From the UHGV virus genome UHGV-0008794: a DNA stretch of 56,220 nt; one strand, 5' to 3'. The notes beneath the pieces were generated by a model, which was given only the letters and a program-made list of their open reading frames with translations, was not told the origin of the DNA and did no database searches. The translations under genes and the position numbers were made by a program. This document shows, piece by piece, positions 23,755 through 31,435 of this stretch. This DNA is from a virus. Position 1 is the first letter of the stretch. Each line of letters begins with the position of its first letter.

Positions 23755-24003
23755 TCATAGTCTATCCTTATTCTTAAAATATAGAAACGATTTCGGATTT
23801 TGCCGTGGCAATACGCTTTCGCTAACATCTCCGTTGGATCCGCAAATGAGAGTAACTACAATGCTTAGTTCAGGCACAATGAATTTCCATTTATTCGGAG
23901 TGGCGGAATCTACAAACCAGTTCACTGTTTCTTCGTACTGTCCATAATGCTCGTCAAAATATCTTTGAAGATGTCTTTTGTAATAACCATCATTTCTTGT
24001 CAT
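23755..24003 (-). CDS. hypothetical protein (82 aa from internal ATG)
   Basis: track start is TTG; ATG MTRNDGYY with AGGAAAG upstream; an untracked ~49-aa coiled-coil ORF lies at about 23610-23757. Confidence 0.4.
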   Translation of the reverse strand: MTRNDGYYKRHLQRYFDEHYGQYEETVNWFVDSATPNKWKFIVPELSIVVTLICGSNGDVSESVLPRQNPKSFLYFKNKDRL

Positions 24004-24020
24004 AACATTATGTCTTTCCT

Positions 24021-24599
24021 TTACCAATTGGTATAAATATCAGTCACGCCGTTAGCGCAACCAGAGTCATAAACCTTACCAGTACCAAACGAAGTTTCAA
24101 TTGTAGAACCTTGAGGTTTATCACTAGCCGCCACAACGACAAAACCATCCTTGTCGCGATATACTCCGTCCGACCCAGCTGTCCAAGTCGCAGTATCTTT
24201 GTGATACAAGGTATTACTACTATACCAAGTTTCCTTGCGGCCTTCGTGGTAATTGACACCGCCAGATTTAGTCAGACCAGAACCGTTAGAATATCCAGAA
24301 TAATCCTGCTGTATGGACTCGTAATATTGCTGCTCATAAACAGGCTCCTCGTAATATACAACTTCTTCGATGATTTCTTCTTCAACGGGGTCGGATTCTG
24401 TCGCATTTGCATTATCAACATTGGATTCTTCCGGAATATCATTGACCTCGACTTCAAATTCCACAATCTCGATTTGCTCCGTAACGGTCTTATTCGTTTC
24501 TTGAATATATTTGCCAGCTGCTCCGCCAATTGTCAAACCAACAAGCAACGACAAAATGGATGTCGTAACAATTTTACAAATATCCTTTTTATTATTCAC
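24021..24599 (-). CDS. membrane-anchored 3D-domain (YuiC/MltA-like lytic transglycosylase-type) protein
   Basis: N-terminal TM, acidic linker, C-terminus TAGSDGVYRDKDGFVVVAASDKPQGSTIETSFGTGKVYDSGCANGVTDIY matches 3D-domain three-Asp pattern ending IDIY. Confidence 0.55.
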   Translation of the reverse strand: MNNKKDICKIVTTSILSLLVGLTIGGAAGKYIQETNKTVTEQIEIVEFEVEVNDIPEESNVDNANATESDPVEEEIIEEVVYYEEPVYEQQYYESIQQDYSGYSNGSGLTKSGGVNYHEGRKETWYSSNTLYHKDTATWTAGSDGVYRDKDGFVVVAASDKPQGSTIETSFGTGKVYDSGCANGVTDIYTNW

Positions 24600-24666
24600 A
24601 ACCGCTTCCTTTCAAGAAAAAATAGGAGCCTAAGATTTCTCTTAGGCTCCAACTTTAGAATTATTT

Positions 24667-24927
24667 CTAGTCGCTATAAAAAATTCCGCCTTCGAAGTTT
24701 TCAAGTTCCGATATACGTTTCTCTGCTTGTTCGATATCACGATTGCAGTTATCGATAATTCGCTGATAAAGTTTCTGTTTTGTAGCATAACGTTCGTCGC
24801 CTTCTTCAAGACGATTAAGACTTTTAATATGCTTCTTAATAGAAAACTTATTGCGCTCGATTTCGAATCGATAAGATCGAATAACCATATTGATTTCTTC
24901 GTCGGTCAAATAAAACTGTGAATGCAT
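24667..24927 (-). CDS. hypothetical coiled-coil protein (86 aa)
   Basis: start moved past ATGAAAGGAGAAATT leader; promoter copy 5 upstream. Confidence 0.5.
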   Translation of the reverse strand: MHSQFYLTDEEINMVIRSYRFEIERNKFSIKKHIKSLNRLEEGDERYATKQKLYQRIIDNCNRDIEQAEKRISELENFEGGIFYSD

Positions 24928-24955
24928 AATTTCTCCTTTCATAGATTTTCACTCT

Positions 24956-24979
24956 ATTATAAGATGTGTTTTTTCTGCG
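24956..24979 (-). promoter_or_regulatory. conserved promoter motif copy 5 (CGCAGA-N12-TATAAT)
   Basis: minus-sense TCTCGCAGAAAAAACACATCTTATAATAGAGTG. Confidence 0.5.
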
Positions 24980-25003
24980 AGAAAAGGAGATGTAAATATA
25001 GCG

Positions 25004-25165
25004 CTACCAAACGCTGGCGCTAGCAGACTCGACTACGAAATGAAAAAAGTCTCCGGTGAATATCCACCAAAGAAGTTCAGCTCCGCCAAACATCAAAATA
25101 AGTGTCCACAAAACAATTTCAATAATAAAGAATAGAGCCATAACAGTAGCAAAGAATTTAGTCAT
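25004..25165 (-). CDS. small two-TM peptide (about 53 aa)
   Basis: MTKFFATVMALFFIIEIVLWTLILMFGG; start chosen to limit overlap with 25158-25364 ORF (68 aa, basic, also possibly real). Confidence 0.35.
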   Translation of the reverse strand: MTKFFATVMALFFIIEIVLWTLILMFGGAELLWWIFTGDFFHFVVESASASVW

Positions 25166-25326
25166 TTGATTCTCCATTTCTTCTCTTTGATTCGGGTTGA
25201 ATACCGGACAAGATAAGCTCACGGGTCTGTCGTTGGTATCGGTTAATATATGGATAAGGTCTGTTCAGCAACTTTGAAAATGTTAGCTTTGGTTTTCCAT
25301 CTTTTCTTGGTATTAAGTAAATGTAA

Positions 25327-25569
25327 TTATAGCAATGGCTTGACCGGTTCATAAGTTTCCTCATCTTGCATTAGCACCGGTTCGTTTGGAGCCCCACAAA
25401 CCGGACAGAAATTTGGATCTCGGCGTTGAGCCTTTCCATAGTCATAAATAAAAGTATCATGGCAATGATTACAAAGATACCAATTAGTATCGACTCCATA
25501 CCAATCGCTATCCGTATTGCTACGATCGGCTAGATATTCGATTCCAGGAAGTTCTTTATATTTAGTCAT
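25327..25569 (-). CDS. small zinc-ribbon protein (CNHCHD...CPVCG), 80 aa
   Basis: ORF track; ATG overlaps upstream stop. Confidence 0.5.
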   Translation of the reverse strand: MTKYKELPGIEYLADRSNTDSDWYGVDTNWYLCNHCHDTFIYDYGKAQRRDPNFCPVCGAPNEPVLMQDEETYEPVKPLL

Positions 25570-26231
25570 TATTCTTCTCCAGTAATAAGTTTGGAATAAG
25601 GAAGTCCCTCAATCCAATCACAGAATACATGCCATTCGTTCAACTTGTGATTTTTGCGTGACTTATACATGTTTGCAAGAACCTCATAGTTCAGCATGAC
25701 TGTGCGCTTCTGATTATATGAACTAGGGAGAAGCTGGATCATCTGCCACCAATACTTCTTATCCTTGGTCTCAAGATATAGTTTACGGTTTTGATTAAGA
25801 ACATCAACAATTCCATTTAACAAAGTCGTAGGATTAACCAACCCTGTAAAAGTTTCGCATAAAATATGTTCATGGCTAAAATCATCAATAGTAAACTCTT
25901 TAGCTTGAATCTTATGCATAGTGCTGCAAGAATTCGCGACAGTGCCGACCTTATAGGTATCGAATTCCTTCCACCAATATAACGGAGCAGTAATGTCGCA
26001 CGACACAGTAATCATACGCATATACTTACGATGATCAGTGCCAGCATTACGTAGACGCTCCATCAAATCAAGATCATTCGGTCCAATCTGTGCTTTGGCA
26101 CGTGGTTTTTCACCTTTTTGCTGAGTCAAGATAAAATACGAATCACTCTTAGCCCATGAGTTAAGCGGATTGCGCATTCCTCGAATAGCAGCTTCCCAAC
26201 CGTAGGTTTCGGTATTCTCAATTTTAATCAT
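25569..26231 (-). CDS. divergent ThyX-like (flavin-dependent thymidylate synthase family) protein
   Basis: 220 aa; C-terminal LLPSSYNQKRTVMLNYEVLANMYKSR...EWHVFCDWIEGLP fits ThyX LP-x-x-Y-x-T...N-x-R-x-L...R..EW pattern; central HR-x8-S partly matches RHR-x7-S motif but QRY absent. Confidence 0.4.
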   Translation of the reverse strand: MIKIENTETYGWEAAIRGMRNPLNSWAKSDSYFILTQQKGEKPRAKAQIGPNDLDLMERLRNAGTDHRKYMRMITVSCDITAPLYWWKEFDTYKVGTVANSCSTMHKIQAKEFTIDDFSHEHILCETFTGLVNPTTLLNGIVDVLNQNRKLYLETKDKKYWWQMIQLLPSSYNQKRTVMLNYEVLANMYKSRKNHKLNEWHVFCDWIEGLPYSKLITGEE

Positions 26232-26392
26232 TCTTCTTCTCCTTTGGCAAATAGTGTTCGAGACATTCTTTACATAACGTCTTATGGATAAATCTATCCA
26301 TTACCCATATAGATGCTTTACGATATGCTTCCATCCAAATATATCGTTTACAGTCAAAACATTGATGCGGAAAAATCGCGAATCGATTAGTT

Positions 26393-26689
26393 TTAAATTT
26401 CATCGCTTAATTTCTCATTCTCTGAATCCATCATTTCTTCAAGTTCGTCAGTTGTTATGTGCCATGCGTTTATACTTTCACGAATATGATTGATTGCCTT
26501 TTGTCTCATTAGGCGTACTTCATCCAAAGTAGAAACATAATTTACTCGGTTTACATAATCTTTATTGTTACCTAGCTCTTCGAAATATGTGCATCCATAT
26601 GGGCACTCTTGACTTAATGGATACTTATTGAGAATTGTCCGTTCATTCATCCAAGCACGACAAACATCGCCATGAATACAAACAGCCAT
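26393..26689 (-). CDS. hypothetical Cys-rich protein (98 aa)
   Basis: start moved past ATGGGAGGAAAAATA leader to MAVCIHG; an untracked 59-aa Cys-rich ORF (about 26224-26403) precedes ThyX-like gene. Confidence 0.45.
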   Translation of the reverse strand: MAVCIHGDVCRAWMNERTILNKYPLSQECPYGCTYFEELGNNKDYVNRVNYVSTLDEVRLMRQKAINHIRESINAWHITTDELEEMMDSENEKLSDEI

Positions 26690-26943
26690 TATTTTTCCTC
26701 CCATTTTAAATAAGGATAACGATTTCTTAATTCTGACGTTTTGGCTTCTAAACCTTCGCTAATCGTAAAATCCGGATGAGATCGCATCCAAGCCATTGCT
26801 TCGGTCCAGCCGTCGCTGAATCCTCGAGCCGATTCTTTAACTAATTCATCATAAACGGCATTACGTACAGACATATCTGCTTCGTTAAATTCTGATCTAT
26901 AAACATCTGCAACTCTTTTACTAGCTTGAGAATATCGATTCAT
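26689..26943 (-). CDS. hypothetical protein (84 aa)
   Basis: start set at MNRYSQ ATG with GGAGGGG RBS. Confidence 0.4.
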   Translation of the reverse strand: MNRYSQASKRVADVYRSEFNEADMSVRNAVYDELVKESARGFSDGWTEAMAWMRSHPDFTISEGLEAKTSELRNRYPYLKWEEK

Positions 26944-27145
26944 CGCCCCTCCATTTTTCGATTGCTTCATCCTTTGCTTTTGTGTTTCTATCGGCATCTA
27001 TTTTTGAAAAATCCAAGTTGAAATAATCTAAAACCCATAAAGTAGCTAACGTCCAGCCTTTGTCAAAACCTAACTCGAAATAATTCACATTATTCCCCTT
27101 AATGATCGCATAGTCATAATTACTGCTCGCTTCATCGCGCAACAA
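26921..27145 (-). CDS. hypothetical protein (74 aa)
   Basis: ORF track. Confidence 0.4.
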   Translation of the reverse strand: MLRDEASSNYDYAIIKGNNVNYFELGFDKGWTLATLWVLDYFNLDFSKIDADRNTKAKDEAIEKWRGDESIFSS

Positions 27146-27156
27146 ATAAAACCGGA

Positions 27157-27444
27157 TTAAAAGCGTTTTCTATTCTTTTGGAACGGCAGACACGACGGAC
27201 TTAAAATATGTTTATCGTTTACAAGCCTGCCGCATCGAGAACAATACTGGGCATCGAACTTCGCCCCCTTGCGCATATTTCGATAGCCATGTAAATATGC
27301 TTTGCAGAAAGGACATCTGATTTGATGAGCTGCTTTCCAACAGTCAATAGCATCTTTTAACAGATAACAAATACAAATTAGGATAATACCAATGACAACA
27401 AAAATAGTTATTACGCCTATGGATTCCAAGTAATTTAAATTCAT
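27157..27444 (-). CDS. membrane protein with C-terminal zinc ribbon (95 aa)
   Basis: N-terminal TM ITIFVVIGIILICICYLL; CPFCKA...CSRCG. Confidence 0.5.
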   Translation of the reverse strand: MNLNYLESIGVITIFVVIGIILICICYLLKDAIDCWKAAHQIRCPFCKAYLHGYRNMRKGAKFDAQYCSRCGRLVNDKHILSPSCLPFQKNRKRF

Positions 27445-27523
27445 TTCTCTGAATTCACCAATCCTAAGTCATTACAAACAAGCATAGCGTTTATCCTTTC
27501 AAAAAACACAGACTATTCGTGTA

Positions 27524-27751
27524 CTAACTCTCTTCCAAGTATCCATCGACAACCGTAAAATATAGCTCCGGTCCTTGCGCTGTTACGTACAGATTCGATG
27601 CCCCATGAAATGGTTTAAGCCAAACATCTCCAAATGCATCTGAACAATACTCAGAATATTTATTACGTATCCATGTTGATCCTTTAACGGTAATCCAAGA
27701 TGTTCCGGGCTCGAATGTTACCCGCATCTTTACTTTTTCTTTTGTTTTCAT
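27524..27751 (-). CDS. hypothetical protein (75 aa)
   Basis: ORF track. Confidence 0.4.
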   Translation of the reverse strand: MKTKEKVKMRVTFEPGTSWITVKGSTWIRNKYSEYCSDAFGDVWLKPFHGASNLYVTAQGPELYFTVVDGYLEES

Positions 27752-27769
27752 TTCGGTCCTTTCCGATTT

Positions 27770-27976
27770 TTAGTAGTCCATTTCGTCCAGATCATCATCG
27801 CTGAGGACTCGATAAAAATACCCACCAAGCGCAAGGTCGTATTCGCTTTCGCCATATAACCTCTCTTTGAATTCCAGATAGTCGTCTCGAAACTTTACAG
27901 CTTCCTCGCGATTATCAAATTCTTTAACGATGAACGGAATGTTGTTGTCCTCGCATTCGCAAACGTACCATTTCAT
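27770..27976 (-). CDS. hypothetical acidic protein (68 aa from internal ATG)
   Basis: start set at MKWYVCECEDNN ATG preceded by GAAAGGCGAAATC. Confidence 0.4.
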   Translation of the reverse strand: MKWYVCECEDNNIPFIVKEFDNREEAVKFRDDYLEFKERLYGESEYDLALGGYFYRVLSDDDLDEMDY

Positions 27977-28004
27977 GATTTCGCCTTTCGTCAAATACAC
28001 GTTT

Positions 28005-28193
28005 TTAGAGCTCAGCTTCCAACTCTTTATTAAGTTTTTCAATGCGCTTTGTCTGATCGTCTATCGTATCAATGATATTGTCGAATTCTTTCTCCCATAA
28101 TTTACTGTCTTTGTGATTCTTAATGGCCAAAACTGCAGTCAAGACAGAGGCTCCGATCAATCCACCAACGGTTAGAATATCAGTGGTTTTCAT
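28005..28193 (-). CDS. small TM + coiled-coil protein (62 aa)
   Basis: start set at MKTTDILTVGG with AGGAGTTTATA leader. Confidence 0.45.
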   Translation of the reverse strand: MKTTDILTVGGLIGASVLTAVLAIKNHKDSKLWEKEFDNIIDTIDDQTKRIEKLNKELEAEL

Positions 28194-28286
28194 TATAAAC
28201 TCCTTTCTGTTGGTTTTCACTCCATAAAAGGAGCTGTAAAATATGCGAAACAAAAGAGAAATCTTTTAATCTGATTTAGAATCAGA

Positions 28287-28718
28287 CTATTTGTGCTCAT
28301 CGTAATACGACTCAACGTATTTATGAATCTCGTTGTAATAGTTACCCTGGTTACCAAGAGCTTTCTTCGTGATAGCCATAGCTAGACCCTTCTCAGGATC
28401 GAACTTATCCTCGTAAGACTTGACCACAGTCTTAGTTCCATCTTTCCAGAACACAATAGTTGCGGGGTCGTTAAAAATAACTTTCTTGATTCTAGGCATC
28501 ACACAAGTATAGTTACGAGAGCCACCGGTAATCGTAGAAGCGACACCATACATATTGTTTAGCAGCTCTTTACAGTGCTTAGCGAGACTAGTATAAGAAT
28601 CGTCAGCGGCTAGCGTACATTCCAGTTCAATCTTAGACTTTCCATAAAAATCGATATGCTGTTTCGCATTGTTAACATTCCACGTATAACCACCATAAAT
28701 AATTTGTTCAGAATTCAT
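28287..28718 (-). CDS. hypothetical protein (143 aa)
   Basis: start moved past ATGAAAGGAATAGAA leader to MNSEQII. Confidence 0.5.
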   Translation of the reverse strand: MNSEQIIYGGYTWNVNNAKQHIDFYGKSKIELECTLAADDSYTSLAKHCKELLNNMYGVASTITGGSRNYTCVMPRIKKVIFNDPATIVFWKDGTKTVVKSYEDKFDPEKGLAMAITKKALGNQGNYYNEIHKYVESYYDEHK

Positions 28719-28771
28719 TTCTATTCCTTTCAAAATTCGGTACTGAATGTAAAGCTGTACTTACAGATCTT

Positions 28772-28960
28772 TCAATTATTATTTAGGAACTTTTCCAAGT
28801 CTTCTATACTCTTTATATTCTCTGAATTTTCCTCAGATATTTTTATGCGGATCAATGTTGTATCATAAGCCATGTTTATCCTTAAATTAATTAGGTATTT
28901 ATACTTAAAAAGCACAAACCCCTGCTTAAATAGCGTCTCAGCGCCTCGCTGATCAGGCAT
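28772..28960 (-). CDS. hypothetical small protein (62 aa)
   Basis: ORF track. Confidence 0.35.
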   Translation of the reverse strand: MPDQRGAETLFKQGFVLFKYKYLINLRINMAYDTTLIRIKISEENSENIKSIEDLEKFLNNN

Positions 28961-29016
28961 TATGTAATAATACTTTTACACTATAAAAACAAGAATTTAT
29001 GCTAAAATGGTCATTT

Positions 29017-29346
29017 TTAAATAACGCCATCAACGTTGAAATCAAGAAGAATGGATTGTTTATGATCATTTATAAAATCGATATTGAAAATAATATAGCC
29101 GGCGCCATCATTCCAAATCCAACCAACAATATCACCTTCTTTAGAATTCTCGAAACCGAGATAATCGTAAACTTCATTCAAGAACAACTGACCACGAGAA
29201 CGAAGAATATCATTAACCATATTTTGAACAATCTCCAGAAAGTATTTGTTCTGCTTAGGACTCTTGGACCAATTAGGATTTGTCTCGTCAAAGAGTCGAG
29301 CGTACTGACTTACTTGGTTATTAGAAATGATTTCAATTTTATTCAT
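29017..29346 (-). CDS. stand-alone copy of paralog-family-A C-terminal domain (109 aa)
   Basis: protein about 75% identical to C-terminus of 16593-17537 product; nucleotide blocks such as ATAACGCCATCAACGTTGAAATCAAGAAGAATGGAT shared between 16604-16641 and 29023-29060. Confidence 0.55.
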   Translation of the reverse strand: MNKIEIISNNQVSQYARLFDETNPNWSKSPKQNKYFLEIVQNMVNDILRSRGQLFLNEVYDYLGFENSKEGDIVGWIWNDGAGYIIFNIDFINDHKQSILLDFNVDGVI

Positions 29347-29358
29347 GGTATTTCTCCT

Positions 29359-29619
29359 TTAAAGATTGTAATCCAATTCGTTGATCGTTGGTTCCGCGAT
29401 AATTGGATCCATTGACAGACTTTTATAGTTTAGATCCCATACGCGATCGTGCATATTTGGAAAACGTTCATCTATCGATGTTATCATAACCATTGAGCCA
29501 TTTTTTAAATTGTTTTCCGTGCGCAAAACGCGAACTTTAAATCCTTTAAAATTGTGACACATGCCGTTGCAGTATAGAATATCGCCCTCGTTCAGATTGT
29601 TAAATTGCTTTCGATTCAT
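29359..29619 (-). CDS. hypothetical protein (86 aa)
   Basis: ORF track. Confidence 0.45.
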   Translation of the reverse strand: MNRKQFNNLNEGDILYCNGMCHNFKGFKVRVLRTENNLKNGSMVMITSIDERFPNMHDRVWDLNYKSLSMDPIIAEPTINELDYNL

Positions 29620-29929
29620 CTAAATCCCTTTCAATAAGAGCTTGCAATTCAGATACGGACGTTTTACCCAAACCCCTAAATCGCATAATGTCTTCTGGTT
29701 CCGACACGTCTAGTTCTTTCAGAACTTCTTCCAATGAACTATTTGCAAATTCTTGTTCTTTTTTGTCATGATACAAAGCGACTCGTTCGCCAAAACGAAA
29801 AACCTCGCAGCTATTGGTTATTGATAAATATTCTTCAAAGTTCTTAGGTGTTTGAAAAAATGCAACATTCAAATATTTATACAACCTATGGCTTATGTAC
29901 TTTTTCTCCTTCAACTCTTTCATCAACAT
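29600..29929 (-). CDS. hypothetical protein (109 aa from internal ATG)
   Basis: track start translates the conserved leader TTTTTCACCAAATTTCTTGAAAGGAGAAA (identical leader at 21401-21428); true start MLMKELKEK. Confidence 0.45.
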   Translation of the reverse strand: MLMKELKEKKYISHRLYKYLNVAFFQTPKNFEEYLSITNSCEVFRFGERVALYHDKKEQEFANSSLEEVLKELDVSEPEDIMRFRGLGKTSVSELQALIERDLDESKAI

Positions 29930-30066
29930 GGTTCTTTCTCCTTTCAAGAAATTTGGTGAAAAAATTAACACGACAAAAGTATAGCAGGACTCAGATCCTG
30001 CAGCTTCGTCCGTAGACGACGTTGTTCCGTTTTCAACTATATACTTTCCCCGCGTTAAAAAAGAAG

Positions 30067-30157
30067 AATGGCTAATGTGTACGTCCGGTTTGACTCTTAA
30101 TCTTCATCGCGTACTGTTACCATCGCCAGGGACTAATGCCCTACATTAGCTTCCTAC
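30067..30157 (-). ncRNA. candidate small non-coding RNA B (promoter copy 6 -> ~90 nt -> T-run), relatively GC-rich, internal hairpin CTAATG-TAGGG-CATTAG
   Basis: no ORF, bracketed by conserved promoter and TTTTTT; inference. Confidence 0.3.
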
Positions 30158-30163
30158 CTCTTC

Positions 30164-30187
30164 ATTATAAGACGTGAAAAAATTGCG
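30164..30187 (-). promoter_or_regulatory. conserved promoter motif copy 6 (CGCAAT-N12-TATAAT)
   Basis: minus-sense CCTCGCAATTTTTTCACGTCTTATAATGAAGAG; 30-nt core identical to copy 7. Confidence 0.5.
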
Positions 30188-30191
30188 AGGT

Positions 30192-30307
30192 AAAAAAAGA
30201 GGAATATTTGGATGGACTCGAACCATCTCTGAGCTACCTCATTCTTTTCATCTGAATTTAATCAGCTCGTGTGCAGCCAGTATTCTTCCTGAGCAATCTT
30301 TCCTCTT
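30192..30307 (-). ncRNA. candidate small non-coding RNA A (promoter copy 7 -> ~110 nt -> U7), closed by 8-bp stem AAGAGGAA/TTCCTCTT and containing tRNA-like D-loop (TAGCTCAGA) fused to a T-arm (GATGGTTCGAGTCCATC)
   Basis: no ORF; tRNA-like sub-elements but no anticodon arm; inference. Confidence 0.35.
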
Positions 30308-30308
30308 C

Positions 30309-30332
30309 ATTATAAGACGTGAAAAAATTGCG
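30309..30332 (-). promoter_or_regulatory. conserved promoter motif copy 7 (CGCAAT-N12-TATAAT)
   Basis: minus-sense TTTCGCAATTTTTTCACGTCTTATAATGAAGAGG. Confidence 0.5.
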
Positions 30333-30403
30333 AAAAAAATATACGCCATGTAATTTATACACAGCGTATATCTCAAATGTCATAAACCTGATGAAATTTC
30401 TAC

Positions 30404-30691
30404 TTAGATTTTCACTTTAGTAATGAGTTGGAATGCTTTGGAAGTGATGACTCCGATCCTCTCATAGTTTAAAATCAACAATGCCAAACCTACGTTGCTC
30501 ATAACTCCAATCGTCGCGTCTTTTGAAACCTTATCTTCCTTCGATTTGGCTTCTTCAAGCACTTTCAGATTTTCAGTCATGATTTTATAGTGTTCGGATA
30601 TTGGATCCTCCAAACTAATGTGCATAGTCAAAGAATCAATCAATTCCTCAATCTGTTCCTTATTCGATTTCTTTTTGGTGAAGATATTCAT
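30404..30691 (-). CDS. hypothetical protein (95 aa)
   Basis: ORF track; AAAGGAGTTTGTTATG leader; promoter copy 8 upstream. Confidence 0.5.
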   Translation of the reverse strand: MNIFTKKKSNKEQIEELIDSLTMHISLEDPISEHYKIMTENLKVLEEAKSKEDKVSKDATIGVMSNVGLALLILNYERIGVITSKAFQLITKVKI

Positions 30692-30720
30692 AACAAACTC
30701 CTTTCAAGAATATGACCTTC

Positions 30721-30743
30721 ATTATAGCGCGTGTTATTCTTGC
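30721..30743 (-). promoter_or_regulatory. conserved promoter motif copy 8 (CGCAAG-N12-TATAAT)
   Basis: minus-sense ATCGCAAGAATAACACGCGCTATAATGAAGGTC. Confidence 0.5.
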
Positions 30744-31063
30744 GATTGTTTATTATTCACAGTTACCATGAAGGACTTCTTCTTGGCTAGATCTGCCCAA
30801 TCGGAATTTACTTCAAGAGCATACTGCTTGTCTTCCTCAGCATTTGGATCGACATTCAGTATTGCGTCGCCAGAATAATTCGACGTGCTGATCTTCAAAC
30901 ATGCACCAAGAAATACAGTAACGGCGCCGATCGTTCCGACAACCTGTTCGACAAAAGGAAAACCCCACAAAACAGCAAGGGCTGCATACAGAGTAGCTGC
31001 GGCAGGAAGGAAGATCTGAACAAGCCACTTGAGAGCATCATATACTTTATCGTTCAAAACCAT
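30734..31063 (-). CDS. holin-like small membrane protein (2 TM, about 109 aa)
   Basis: LVQIFLPAAATLYAALAVLWGFPF and VVGTIGAVTVFLGACL TM helices, charged C-terminus; track start is GTG overlapping upstream gene; ATG with AAGGA RBS chosen. Confidence 0.45.
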   Translation of the reverse strand: MVLNDKVYDALKWLVQIFLPAAATLYAALAVLWGFPFVEQVVGTIGAVTVFLGACLKISTSNYSGDAILNVDPNAEEDKQYALEVNSDWADLAKKKSFMVTVNNKQSQE

Positions 31064-31079
31064 AAATATCAAATCCTTA

Positions 31080-31421
31080 CTATCTATGTAATGGAAGTTT
31101 TCGAACTTCACTCATCATTTTTTTAGCTGAACCATTGCCTCCGCAATTTTCATATGGAATAAACAAATAATCATTAATGTTTTCGTATTCATCACGAGTA
31201 ATATAACCACGTTCGATATATTGCATCCCAAGCCACATTATACGATCATGTGCCAATCCAACTAATAAATTGCGTTCGGCTTTTCTATCTTGTTCATGTT
31301 TAGTAGCTAATGCTATTTTCGCATCTAAACGTTTCCCAATATATGCCCACAGACCAGAGGCACCAAGTAACGCAGATGCAAGAGCGATAGCGGCGTTTAA
31401 AAGCATAGCATCATCAATCAC
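31080..31421 (-). CDS. membrane-anchored hypothetical protein (N-terminal TM, 113 aa)
   Basis: AIALASALLGASGLWAYIG TM. Confidence 0.45.
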   Translation of the reverse strand: MIDDAMLLNAAIALASALLGASGLWAYIGKRLDAKIALATKHEQDRKAERNLLVGLAHDRIMWLGMQYIERGYITRDEYENINDYLFIPYENCGGNGSAKKMMSEVRKLPLHR

Positions 31422-31435
31422 TTTTCAAGGCCCTC

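Noticed and set aside
30192-30260. Possible genuine tRNA gene (GGTAGCTCAGAGATGGTTCGAGTCCATCC)
   Set aside because: Has a D-loop consensus and a perfect T-arm but no anticodon stem-loop and no 7-bp acceptor pairing; kept only as a tRNA-like element within a candidate sRNA.
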